Source of the DNA: Saccharolobus islandicus REY15A
GTDB taxonomy: Archaea > Thermoproteota > Thermoprotei_A > Sulfolobales > Sulfolobaceae
Assembly: GCF_000189555.1 (NCBI RefSeq)
Contig: NC_017276.1
DNA length: 64,000 nt
Direction: 5' to 3' (one strand)
Numbering within the stretch: the first letter of the stretch is position 1; every line of letters starts with the position of its first letter. Shown here one piece after another: positions 53,497 through 62,927 of the stretch. The notes below the pieces were generated by a model. The model saw only the letters and a list, made by a program, of their open reading frames with translations, did no database searches and was not told the DNA's origin. The position numbers were made by a program, and so were the translations under genes.

Positions 53497-54513
53497 TTAT
53501 TTGTCACTTATCTTTACATTTAACGACTTTATTGGCATTACTCCGGGGATTTCCCATTCTTCATACATCTCGTCAACCATCCTTTGTATGTGCTCGATGT
53601 CTTCCTCTGTAAAGTGTGAGAATCTTCCTTGCTTTTCTAAGTACTCTTTTACCGGTTTTCTCTTCATTCTACCCTCCACTATACTCTTTGTGGGCTCATT
53701 GTACGCTATCTCCCCATCAGTATACTCATATAGTGGCCACAGTCCAGTTTCAGCTGCCAATACTCCCAGTTCATGAGAGAACCTTGGATCGTAATCCCAT
53801 CCCTTGGGACATGGATCTAAGGAATGAATGAAAGTTGGCCCACCTATTGCTAATGCCTTCTTGATCTTGTTTATTGAATCCAGTGGATAGGCGGGGGTCA
53901 TGGTAGCGGCGTATCTAATGTTCCTATGCCCTGCTATTATCATTGGAACTACACTCTTCTTCCACCTCTTCTTCATTATCCTTCTTTGCTTACCTGGCCT
54001 ACTGAATGAGGTCTGTGCTCCATAAGGTGTCATGCTAGTCTCTTGAATATCAGTGTTAGCTGAAGATTCATTATCATAAAGTACTATGAGTAAGTTATAG
54101 TCATACGTCATTGCGTTTGAAACTCCAGACAAACCCATATCTGCACATCCTAGATCTCCACAGAAGGCTATCACGTTTATAGGTTCTTGCTTTATTTTTC
54201 CTTTCCTCATTAATGCTCTCAATGCTGCGGCTGTACCTAATGCAGCCGCACCAGATCCTCCCAATTGCGTGTGAACCCATGGTACTATCCATGACGTGCT
54301 ATAATATGTAGTATTTGCCACATACATGCATCCAGTAGCTCCTATAACTATGGTCCTTTGTCCGGCAGCTTTAGCCAAAAACCTCATGACTAGTGCTGAC
54401 TCACATCCTTGACAAGTCCTATGGCCAGATGTATAGAACTCTTCCAGTGGTGTATCTTTTATTGTCTTAATAATTGACTTATACACCTTTTCTTCCATTT
54501 CCTTTTCAACCAT
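53497..54513 (-). CDS. 2-oxoacid:ferredoxin oxidoreductase beta subunit (oxalate oxidoreductase-like)
   Basis: GHRTCQGC, TGCMYVANT, GD...DN TPP motif and PCPKGW. Confidence 0.9.
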   Translation of the reverse strand: MVEKEMEEKVYKSIIKTIKDTPLEEFYTSGHRTCQGCESALVMRFLAKAAGQRTIVIGATGCMYVANTTYYSTSWIVPWVHTQLGGSGAAALGTAAALRALMRKGKIKQEPINVIAFCGDLGCADMGLSGVSNAMTYDYNLLIVLYDNESSANTDIQETSMTPYGAQTSFSRPGKQRRIMKKRWKKSVVPMIIAGHRNIRYAATMTPAYPLDSINKIKKALAIGGPTFIHSLDPCPKGWDYDPRFSHELGVLAAETGLWPLYEYTDGEIAYNEPTKSIVEGRMKRKPVKEYLEKQGRFSHFTEEDIEHIQRMVDEMYEEWEIPGVMPIKSLNVKISDK

Positions 54514-54531
54514 GTGGGATCACCTTCAATT

Positions 54532-55779
54532 TTACCAAGGGTCTCCTCTGACCCCAACCCAATAAACGGGTTTCGTTATGGGAGTATCCCTATGCTCGTA
54601 ACCTATCTTAATTATTTTTTCCACGTCCTGGATAGTTATTTCCCTTCCACCCAATCCTCCTATGAAACTCATAACTCTGGGCCTCTGATCTAGATCGTAT
54701 AGTGAAGATCTAATTTCATGATAGATGACCCCTCCTCTGTTTGGCGATCCCATTGAGTAATCCCTATCAACAACACACACCACCCTAGAATTTGCTAAAT
54801 ACTTAATGACATCTTGTGTTGGGAATGGCCTGAACCACCTTATCCTTAACATTCCCACCTTATAGCCTTGTCTTCTCATACTCTTTATCGCGACTTTCAT
54901 CGGTTTAGAAACTGTTCCCATTCCAATTAACACCACCTCAGCGTCATCAACCATATACGGCTCTACAAATGGGTTTTCCGGCATTTGTAACTCATTGGTT
55001 GAACCTGGATATCTCCCGAACACCTTTTTAAATTCCTCATATGCTTCAACTATTACACCCCTAGCCCTTTCAATAGCCTCTTCATGTTGTCTCCTTATCT
55101 CCATAACCCAATCTTCGTTAACTTGAGGAGCTACAGTAATTGGATTATCTGGGTGAACCAAATACTTGCCTCTATTATATGGCGGTAAGAAGTTCTTAAC
55201 CAGTTCCTTAGGAGGTAGTCTCACTATTTGTTCTGAGTGCGTCAAAAATCCACCATCCATAGATATGCCTAAGGGTAGTAACACCCTTTGATCTTCAGCT
55301 ACCCTATAAGCTATTAACGTAGTATCGAAAGCCTCTTGAGCAGTGTCCACCCATACCAATAACCAACCCAGATCCCTTACCATTAACGCATCATTGTGTT
55401 CAACTCCATAAGCTCCAGGATCATCTAGAGCCCTATTCCCTATTATTGCGACTACTGGAGCACGATCTGTTGCCGTAACCACTATTGCCTCCATTCCGTA
55501 AAGCCACCCAACTCCACTACTTCCCACTAAAGTCCTTGCTCCAGCTAAAGAGGCATGCTTCACAGTTTCAAACTGTCCGTGTTCTCCTTCAGCAACTATG
55601 AACTCTGCATCCAATTCACCATCTGCTATTAATTTAGAGATCGTGTCCATAACTTCAGTATATGGTCTAATTGGATAAGCTGCAACTACGTCCACATCTG
55701 CATACATTGCAGCATGAGCAACTGCTTGTGTTCCGTTCATTAATACCTCTTTTTCTACTAATTTTTTGACCTCTGTCAT
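54532..55779 (-). CDS. 2-oxoacid:ferredoxin oxidoreductase alpha subunit (oxalate oxidoreductase-like)
   Basis: YPIRPYT (55657-55677), EGEH, NRALDDPG and GLGG motifs. Confidence 0.9.
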   Translation of the reverse strand: MTEVKKLVEKEVLMNGTQAVAHAAMYADVDVVAAYPIRPYTEVMDTISKLIADGELDAEFIVAEGEHGQFETVKHASLAGARTLVGSSGVGWLYGMEAIVVTATDRAPVVAIIGNRALDDPGAYGVEHNDALMVRDLGWLLVWVDTAQEAFDTTLIAYRVAEDQRVLLPLGISMDGGFLTHSEQIVRLPPKELVKNFLPPYNRGKYLVHPDNPITVAPQVNEDWVMEIRRQHEEAIERARGVIVEAYEEFKKVFGRYPGSTNELQMPENPFVEPYMVDDAEVVLIGMGTVSKPMKVAIKSMRRQGYKVGMLRIRWFRPFPTQDVIKYLANSRVVCVVDRDYSMGSPNRGGVIYHEIRSSLYDLDQRPRVMSFIGGLGGREITIQDVEKIIKIGYEHRDTPITKPVYWVGVRGDPW

Positions 55780-56867
55780 CTCCCTAACCCCGGAACGTAG
55801 ACCCTTTCTTTCCTAGCTTGCCTTACATTCTTTAACCATTCCTTGTACTTTGCCTTATTCTCCTTCCACATCTCATATGGTCTTCTGTAATCTGTGAACA
55901 TCGATTCATCTACCATTACTATGCAATCCTTAACAGGACATACATCAGCGCATATGCCACAGCCTACACAGTAATCATATGCTATATCGTAATATCCATC
56001 TGGCGTCTCATCAAAACATTCATCCGGACAGTATATCCAACATAACTTACATTTGATACAAGTGTCGAAATCTACTGTAGGTCTCTCAAATTTCGTAGTC
56101 CCCCTCTTAAAGAGTTCGTTTCTCTTTCCTCTAGGAACTGCGGGAATTACTGTACCTTCCAACATCTCCTGCCATGTTAGTAGTCTAGGCGGATTATATA
56201 CGAAATCTATTCCCTCACCTTTCATTACAATTCTGTAATCTACTGACGAATATGCTTCCTTGACCGCAGATATTCTCTTGTTAGCATCTTGTTTTTTACT
56301 TACATATTTAATTAAATGATCTAAATCAATTATATCTGGTCTTAACTTTGCTAATCCTCCCCAGACTTTCTCCATTGTTAAATCATCCTTAAATGCCCAT
56401 AGTCCCGAAAATGATGGTTCAGTATTTATTACTCCTAGAGTCCAATTGAAGTCCTTTTTAGGTATCATTTTCGACAATTCGTTAATTCTCTTTGTAGAGG
56501 TTACTAGCATTGTCCCGTTACTCTTTAGTTTAAGGTTGATTGGTTGTACCCCTTGCCATGCCCACGATTCTACACCCTTTAATAGGGTATCGTCTAGTAC
56601 AATAATGGTATCTACTAGATCAGGCTCTACTCTTGTTGAGTACCCTATAAGGTCTTCCTCATTCACTCCATTTCCTATTCCAACATAGTATTTCGCCGGT
56701 ACTCCGTTCCTTTCTGGAGAATCTCCATATCTTCCGAAAGATAGGGCTGGTCTCCCCATTTCCCTTGCAGTATACACGATTCCTTCTGCAATATATTTTG
56801 CCAATCTTTTCTGGAATATACCCCTATATACTATCTCTACATACTTCACTTCATCTTTTACTCCCAT
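55776..56867 (-). CDS. 2-oxoacid:ferredoxin oxidoreductase gamma-delta fusion subunit
   Basis: Gamma-like N-domain plus CIKCKLCWIYCP and CVGCGICADVCP 2x[4Fe-4S] motifs. Confidence 0.9.
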   Translation of the reverse strand: MGVKDEVKYVEIVYRGIFQKRLAKYIAEGIVYTAREMGRPALSFGRYGDSPERNGVPAKYYVGIGNGVNEEDLIGYSTRVEPDLVDTIIVLDDTLLKGVESWAWQGVQPINLKLKSNGTMLVTSTKRINELSKMIPKKDFNWTLGVINTEPSFSGLWAFKDDLTMEKVWGGLAKLRPDIIDLDHLIKYVSKKQDANKRISAVKEAYSSVDYRIVMKGEGIDFVYNPPRLLTWQEMLEGTVIPAVPRGKRNELFKRGTTKFERPTVDFDTCIKCKLCWIYCPDECFDETPDGYYDIAYDYCVGCGICADVCPVKDCIVMVDESMFTDYRRPYEMWKENKAKYKEWLKNVRQARKERVYVPGLGR

Positions 56868-56904
56868 ATGAGAATATTTCGTAATCTGTTATATATAGAT
56901 TAAT

Positions 56905-56982
56905 TTGTAACTATATTAATTTACGTATACAAGGTTTTGTAACATAGTAGGGTGTTTCTAGAATCTTTTGCAAAATATGCAA
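56905..56982. promoter_or_regulatory. Three LrpB-type boxes upstream of the OFOR operon
   Basis: TTGTAACTATATTAA (56905), TTGTAACATAGTAGG (56937) and TTGCAAAATATGCAA (56968), spaced 32 and 31 bp. Confidence 0.75.
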
Positions 56983-57076
56983 GATATAGGGAAGGAAGTT
57001 TGACTTGACTATTAAGAATTTTTTTAAAAAATAAAAAAGAATAGAAATTACAATAAAAAATGTTTATCATAAGAAA

Positions 57077-58366
57077 TTATTTGGTTTTAGATTCTATGCT
57101 ATCTCTCTGACTCTCAGCACCTGCAATCTGTGCAGTAGGCATTTTTGGTGGTCTTAGGGTTAAGGCTAGGATTGAAGATACTATGGCCATTAAACCAGTT
57201 ATGACCAATGTCTCCTTTATGCCATATGAGGTGAATAGTACTGATGCACCATAACCGGCAAATATACCCGCTAATGCCTTTGCAGTATAGGTTAAGCCGT
57301 AATTAGCTCCAGAGTGCTTAGGCCCATAATAATCACCTACTAGCGGAGGGAATAAAGAGAATAGCGGACCCCATGTGAATGCTGTAAGGAAAATCAAGGC
57401 AAGGTATAATGGTGCAATCTTTGGTATGAACGCTACTGAAAGCATGGAGATTCCACTAATTCCGAAAGACAGCGTCATAGTATATGGTCTTCCTAAGTAG
57501 TCAGATACCGTACCCATTACAAATCTTCCTAAACCATTAGCGAAGGGAAATAGGAACACCGCAATTACAGCAGCTATACTAAATCCCAGTGATCTACCGT
57601 AAGGTATTAGATGTCCAATTATGGATAGACCAGATCCTGCAATAAGGAAAAATGCAATATAAATTACCCACCATTGCCATGTTTTAACCATCTGTGAAAC
57701 GCTAAAATCGCTTTTACTCCTCTTTATCATCTTACGTTTTCTCTCATACTCCTCGGCATTAAAGCCTTTAGGTAACCATTGAGGAGGAGGATAGGCAAAG
57801 AAGTATGCCAATAGAGTTATAACTACTAGTTGTGTAATTCCCAAATAAACTAATGCAGTGCGGTAACTAATTGAAGTGATAATATATTGTATTAAAGGGG
57901 ATAATGCAAATGATCCACCACCGAAGCCTATTTCTATAATTCCAGTTGCTAGACCTCTTTTATCTGGGAACCATCTAACTGCAGTGCTTATTGCGGTGCC
58001 GTATATTATACCAACTCCTATACTCCCGAAGCCATAGGTAAGATATAGTAGCGGCAAGGAATTAGCAAAGGCAGAGCTAACATATCCAATACCAGTAATT
58101 ATCCCACCTAACATAGAAATTAGTCTAGGACCATACCTATCCGCAATCCTACCTGCAACAAACATTGATAGAGCTTGGACAATAATATATATTGTGAATG
58201 TAAGCCCTAGTGCTGCTGACCCCGGAGCTACGTTAAATACTTTACCTAATGGTACTGTGTATAATGTCCATGAGTATTCATACACACTAACAAGTGCCAT
58301 GGAAATAGTTGCTGCTACTACTAAAAACCATCTAAACCATCCTTTCTCAAACCACTTATTGCTCAT
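57077..58366 (-). CDS. MFS oxalate/formate antiporter (OxlT/OFA family)-like
   Basis: YEYSWT, ADRYGPR, WFPDKRGLATG, FANGLGR and YTAKALAG motifs. Confidence 0.8.
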   Translation of the reverse strand: MSNKWFEKGWFRWFLVVAATISMALVSVYEYSWTLYTVPLGKVFNVAPGSAALGLTFTIYIIVQALSMFVAGRIADRYGPRLISMLGGIITGIGYVSSAFANSLPLLYLTYGFGSIGVGIIYGTAISTAVRWFPDKRGLATGIIEIGFGGGSFALSPLIQYIITSISYRTALVYLGITQLVVITLLAYFFAYPPPQWLPKGFNAEEYERKRKMIKRSKSDFSVSQMVKTWQWWVIYIAFFLIAGSGLSIIGHLIPYGRSLGFSIAAVIAVFLFPFANGLGRFVMGTVSDYLGRPYTMTLSFGISGISMLSVAFIPKIAPLYLALIFLTAFTWGPLFSLFPPLVGDYYGPKHSGANYGLTYTAKALAGIFAGYGASVLFTSYGIKETLVITGLMAIVSSILALTLRPPKMPTAQIAGAESQRDSIESKTK

Positions 58367-58458
58367 TATTCATTCTATACGTAAAAAATGGTTTTAACTT
58401 TTGTTTCTAAAATTAGCCTATATTTATTAGAAATATAACTAACTGTCATCAAATTTTC

Positions 58459-58473
58459 TTGCATAAAATGCGA
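58459..58473. promoter_or_regulatory. LrpB-type box upstream of the OxlT-like permease
   Basis: TTGCATAAAATGCGA. Confidence 0.6.
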
Positions 58474-58776
58474 GTAAGTACGTTAAAAATATAATTCTTT
58501 GGCTTAGATAGTAGCACTATATTTGGAAATTAAATTTAAAAACTTGTTATTATTAATGTACATAGTTCAGTTGATCCATGCCATAAATAACAAAATTTTC
58601 CTGCATAAACGGAATCCTATGAATAATATTTAAGTATTCCCTAAAAGCTAGTGGCAATTTTACCTTTTACTTCTTATATAAAAATCTGTGAGGAGTGATT
58701 GAGTTAAACAATTCTAGATATGTAAAAATATTAGGAGTTAACTTAATAGAAAAAAGGAAGGTAGTTTATATAGATA

Positions 58777-60369
58777 CTAATGCACAAATAGAGATGGAGC
58801 TAAGAATGCGTATAGTACTCCTATCAGTATTAGATATATCAATATACCTATAGCCCAAGGCAGATTTTTCCTAATTACTATTCCCTCTTTTCGAACATAT
58901 TTTGTTGTAGATACTCCTGCACTCGCAGTCTGCGGAGCTACTGGTTTAGCTAATTCTGCACCGACAGAGTTTAACGCTGGTGGTAATCCTACGGGTAAGC
59001 CAGCTAAACGTGCAGTTGTGGCTTGGAAAGCTCCAAAAAGGGCGTTAGTTGAAGTATTGCTTCCAGACAGTGCGCATCCAATCCACCCAAATAATGGTGA
59101 GACTATTATAAACGCTACTCCTAGATCACTAGTTTTCCAAGCTAATGAGTAAGCCATTCCACTGAAATTGAATACATATGCAAGTCCAACTACAAAAACA
59201 CCAGTTAGTATCCCTCCCCAGTATTGATGAAAAGACCTCTTTATAGCCTGTCCCATAACTTTAGGCGAGGCCCTCAAAACTAGAGAAATGATTATCCATG
59301 ATACTAAAATTGACGTACCTGCTACGAAAGGATTAAAGGCAAAACTCACCGCCACGTTTTTATGGAGAAGTGAAGAGTAAGCTGACTGGGATAAGGTAAC
59401 TAATGAAAACTTAGTTAGAGGGGACCAAGGACCGGTCCATAGAGTCACTACTATTATCAATACTATGAAAGCTGATAATGCCTCAATAACGTCTCTTTTA
59501 GAGTATTTCTTACTATCCCCCCCATTGGGCTGAATACTTCTTAAGCTCAGTATTCTTTTAGGCCTCCACACTCTTAAGAATAAAAGTAATATTACAAAAG
59601 ATATTAAAGACCCTGTAATGTCAGGTAAGTAAGGACCAATAAAGCTCGCTACCGGATATTGACCTAAGATGTAGGATAATGAGCCTAGTATAGCTATTGG
59701 CCATGCTTCCTTTATCCCCCTCCATTTGTCAACTAGATATAATAATATCCAAGGTGGTAATAGAGCTAAAATCGCCACAACCTTTGCCACTGAAGATGAT
59801 ACAAACAGTAAAGGTAATCCGGTAACTGATGCTAATATAATGATCGGTGTTCCTAATGCACCATAAGATACCGGCGCGTTGTTAGCCAATGCAGAAACTT
59901 GAAGGGCTTTTAGATCATCAAAACCTAGATATATTAAGAGTGGAGCTATAAATGCCCAAGGATATCCAAATCCTACTAATCCTTCAAATAAGGCTCCTAA
60001 AGACCAGGCCAATACAATAGCTTGAACTCTAGCGTCATTAGTAGAGTTTCTTACGATCCAATCCCTAAACGCATCAAATTTCCCAGTTAGCACTAACGTG
60101 TTATAAATTGTTAATCCCCAGAATACTATCCAAGAAATTGCCCAAGTTCCTACTAACGCTCCTATAAGCCATGCATAGCTGACTTGTACTATGGGAGCTC
60201 CCCACACTAAGGTTGCAACTAAAATCGTTATTATTGAACCTATGAGCGTAGCTAACCATGCAGTTATCCTTAGTCCAGCCAACAATACGAGCAGTATAAT
60301 TATTGGCGTTAAAGATGCTAAAATAGTTAACCCTACATTACCAGTTGGGTTTAAGGGTTGTACATACAT
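58777..60369 (-). CDS. L-lactate/glycolate permease (LctP/GlcA family)
   Basis: FEGLVGFG, NNAPVSYGALGTP and SGSNTSTNALFG motifs. Confidence 0.9.
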   Translation of the reverse strand: MYVQPLNPTGNVGLTILASLTPIIILLVLLAGLRITAWLATLIGSIITILVATLVWGAPIVQVSYAWLIGALVGTWAISWIVFWGLTIYNTLVLTGKFDAFRDWIVRNSTNDARVQAIVLAWSLGALFEGLVGFGYPWAFIAPLLIYLGFDDLKALQVSALANNAPVSYGALGTPIIILASVTGLPLLFVSSSVAKVVAILALLPPWILLYLVDKWRGIKEAWPIAILGSLSYILGQYPVASFIGPYLPDITGSLISFVILLLFLRVWRPKRILSLRSIQPNGGDSKKYSKRDVIEALSAFIVLIIVVTLWTGPWSPLTKFSLVTLSQSAYSSLLHKNVAVSFAFNPFVAGTSILVSWIIISLVLRASPKVMGQAIKRSFHQYWGGILTGVFVVGLAYVFNFSGMAYSLAWKTSDLGVAFIIVSPLFGWIGCALSGSNTSTNALFGAFQATTARLAGLPVGLPPALNSVGAELAKPVAPQTASAGVSTTKYVRKEGIVIRKNLPWAIGILIYLILIGVLYAFLAPSLFVH

Positions 60370-60731
60370 ACTTCCTTCCCTAATTGGAATATATCTCTAA
60401 CTTTATAAGCTTACTTTTGATAAATGGTTAAAAATTCTCAAAAATAATTACAAGATTTATTACATCTCATCATCCCTTCATGGAAAGATTTAAAAAAGAC
60501 CATGAAAGTTGACTAATAACGCTTAAATATTAACTTAATTATACTTTAGGTTCTTAACAATAAACCCTTTTGAAATAATAACATCGAAGGTAATTGTGAG
60601 TTTCAAACATATTGATGTTGCTCTTTCGACTATAAGAAAATATAAAAACAATACTTTTCCTCTTTGAGGCAAAGTCAGTATGGTGATTTCTTTTGTATGT
60701 AGATGAAGAATCAGAAAATAGAGTTAGGAGA

Positions 60732-60753
60732 AGTGTCGTCAGTGAGCTACAAA
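60732..60753. repeat. Degenerate IS1 end copy
   Basis: AGTGTCGTCAGTGAGCTACAAA resembles the TIR at 60873. Confidence 0.55.
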
Positions 60754-60816
60754 CTCTCTTTTTGATTCTAAGGTGTGTGTAAACTCCTATTTTACATTGT
60801 TACTCTAAGATGAGAT

Positions 60817-60872
60817 CCGTTTGTCCCTACATTTTCATTTCACTCATTTTATATTTATTCGTGATCGAATGC
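60817..60872 (-). mobile_element. tnpB-element right-end remnant
   Basis: Reverse complement ...TCGATCACGAATAAATATAAAATGAGTGAAATGAAAATGTAGGGACAAACGG aligns with 30570-30625. Confidence 0.65.
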
Positions 60873-61652
60873 ATAGTGTCGTCATTAAGCTACAAATTCT
60901 GGGATTAACCTTCTCTCCCATAAGACTAGGGCTATGGAGTACATCATGGTGCGAATGCTCCTATTTACTGCCTTCGTTGCTCCCTTGAATCTAATTAGCC
61001 TATCCCTTAATGAGGAATGAAAGGACTCGTTCGGGTTAACTGGCGAGACAACCGTGTGGTCTTTCAACCAGAAGTACAAGTTATAATCATCACTCACCCA
61101 TCTACCCTCGTCAAGCAAATACTTTTTGACCTCAAGGAAAGTACTCTCATCCCCATCCCCCACAGAGTAAATGAGGTAAACTCCCAGCTTCGTGTAAACG
61201 TAGCAAGTGAAAACCTATATAGAACGCCCACTTGTAAAAAGCCCTAGTATTCTTGTACAAGTAAGTCCACATCTCATCGACAACCTTAGCAACAACACCA
61301 CCCTTGACCAGCTCCTTAGCCTTACCCCACAACTCAACTTCTGCCCACCATACCGCTTAATCCAAGTGAAGACAGTACCCAAGGGGACATTCAAAACCCT
61401 AGAAATGGCTCTCATACTCATACCATTAGCATACAACCTCAAAGCCTCCTCCCTCAACTTCTTGGAATGATGATGGTAAGTAGCATCACCCAAGAAGTAT
61501 CTACCGCAATCCCTACACACTGCCTACCCAACCACACTTAACAACATGATGAGAACCACAAGAGGGACAAGAAACGTCTTGCCTAACTACAGCCTTCCTA
61601 CCCATAAGTAATACTCGTTATACAAATATAAATAGCTTAACGACGACACTAT
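60873..61652 (-). mobile_element. IS1-family ISC796-like element
   Basis: TIRs ATAGTGTCGTC(A/G)TTAAGCTA; about 780 bp. Confidence 0.85.
60885..61605 (-). pseudogene. IS1-family transposase with several frameshifts
   Basis: MGRKAVVRQDVSCPSCG, CRDCG, HTH, VDEMWT, SDDY and NESFHS segments lie in different frames. Confidence 0.85.
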
Positions 61653-61801
61653 CGACGCACTCGGACTAAGGTTTCCTGCTTTATCTCCTCAGGCTGATTT
61701 TTATCAACTTTTTCTTAGTTATATTTGATTTTATTCTGATATTATTTATACCTATGAATTTTCTAAATATCTTAAAAAGAGAAAGATTATCTTAGACCAG
61801 A

Positions 61802-62010
61802 TTAAATTCCATAATCTCTAATATAAAAAATATATGGTTTAAGACCAGTATTAACATCAATCCAAAGCGTCTCTTCATATTCTATAAATCCTATTGCCTT
61901 ATATACGTTAACTGCGGGTAAGTTATCGTGTCTAACTAAAAGGGAAGCTATCATTCCCCTTCTGACTATATCACTGGTTAATGTTGATACTACACTTTTG
62001 GCTAAACCCT
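61802..62010 (-). pseudogene. GNAT acetyltransferase C-terminal fragment
   Basis: Reverse complement GLAKSVVSTL...LLVRHDNLPAVNVYKAIGF. Confidence 0.7.
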
Positions 62011-62685
62011 ACTGTTGTTGTAGCATTTATCTTTATAATAATTGTAATTCTAATTCTATTCATAATAAAGTCTATTGTGCCACTAACCAGGGAAAAACCT
62101 ATAACTACTACTTCTCATATTCCATTTAAGGAGTATTCTAAATTGATGAGAGAAGATAGAAGTGGATTAATCTTGCCCTTGCTGTTAGCTGTGAACAGGT
62201 TTATTTTTGGAACAAGTTTTTTGTATATTCCACTCTATTTTACAGAGATAATAAAGGGAAGTCTACTGGAGTTGGGAATAATGCTTAGTACCGAGACTAT
62301 AGCCATAAGTTTAGCCTCATCTCTATCAAAGTTCATTTCAGACAGATTGGGTAACGTAACAACGTTAGCAATGACAAGAATTCTAGCCGCTATAACGTAT
62401 GCCTTACTTTACTTTGTAAAATCTCCCGTGATCTTTATATTAATAAACTGGGTTGGAACATTATTTATAGCTATGGATAACGTGCCAGAGGTCAGCGTAA
62501 TCTCTAAGATGAAAACAGCTAATTTATCCATGTCGTTAATAGATTCTGTATCTACATTACTATCAATATCTTCTCCAATAATTGCTCTTTATATTTGGGT
62601 AAACATATCCCCAGCTACCATATTCTTACTCTCCCTTTTAGTAATAATCCCATCAATATTAATGTTCAAATACAAAGTTGATTAG
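62011..62685 (+). pseudogene. MFS transporter C-terminal half
   Basis: About 7 TM segments with an ISDRLG motif; the N-terminal half is absent. Confidence 0.7.
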
Positions 62686-62927
62686 AGAGGTGGAAATTCT
62701 TGTGACGTAATGGATAATCCCATTTTTGATTGATTCAGTTTTTATCAAAGCCAATGTAAAACTTACTTTTAAATCAACGCTTGATTTTGAATTTAAGCAA
62801 AATTCAACAAACTTAACATCTATAATCTTTTTCTTCACACGGTTACAAACTCAGATCTGTTAGAGGCGAGGCATGTAATGCCACTTTTAAAACTTTTGTT
62901 TATAAGATTGCATTGCTAAAATATTTT

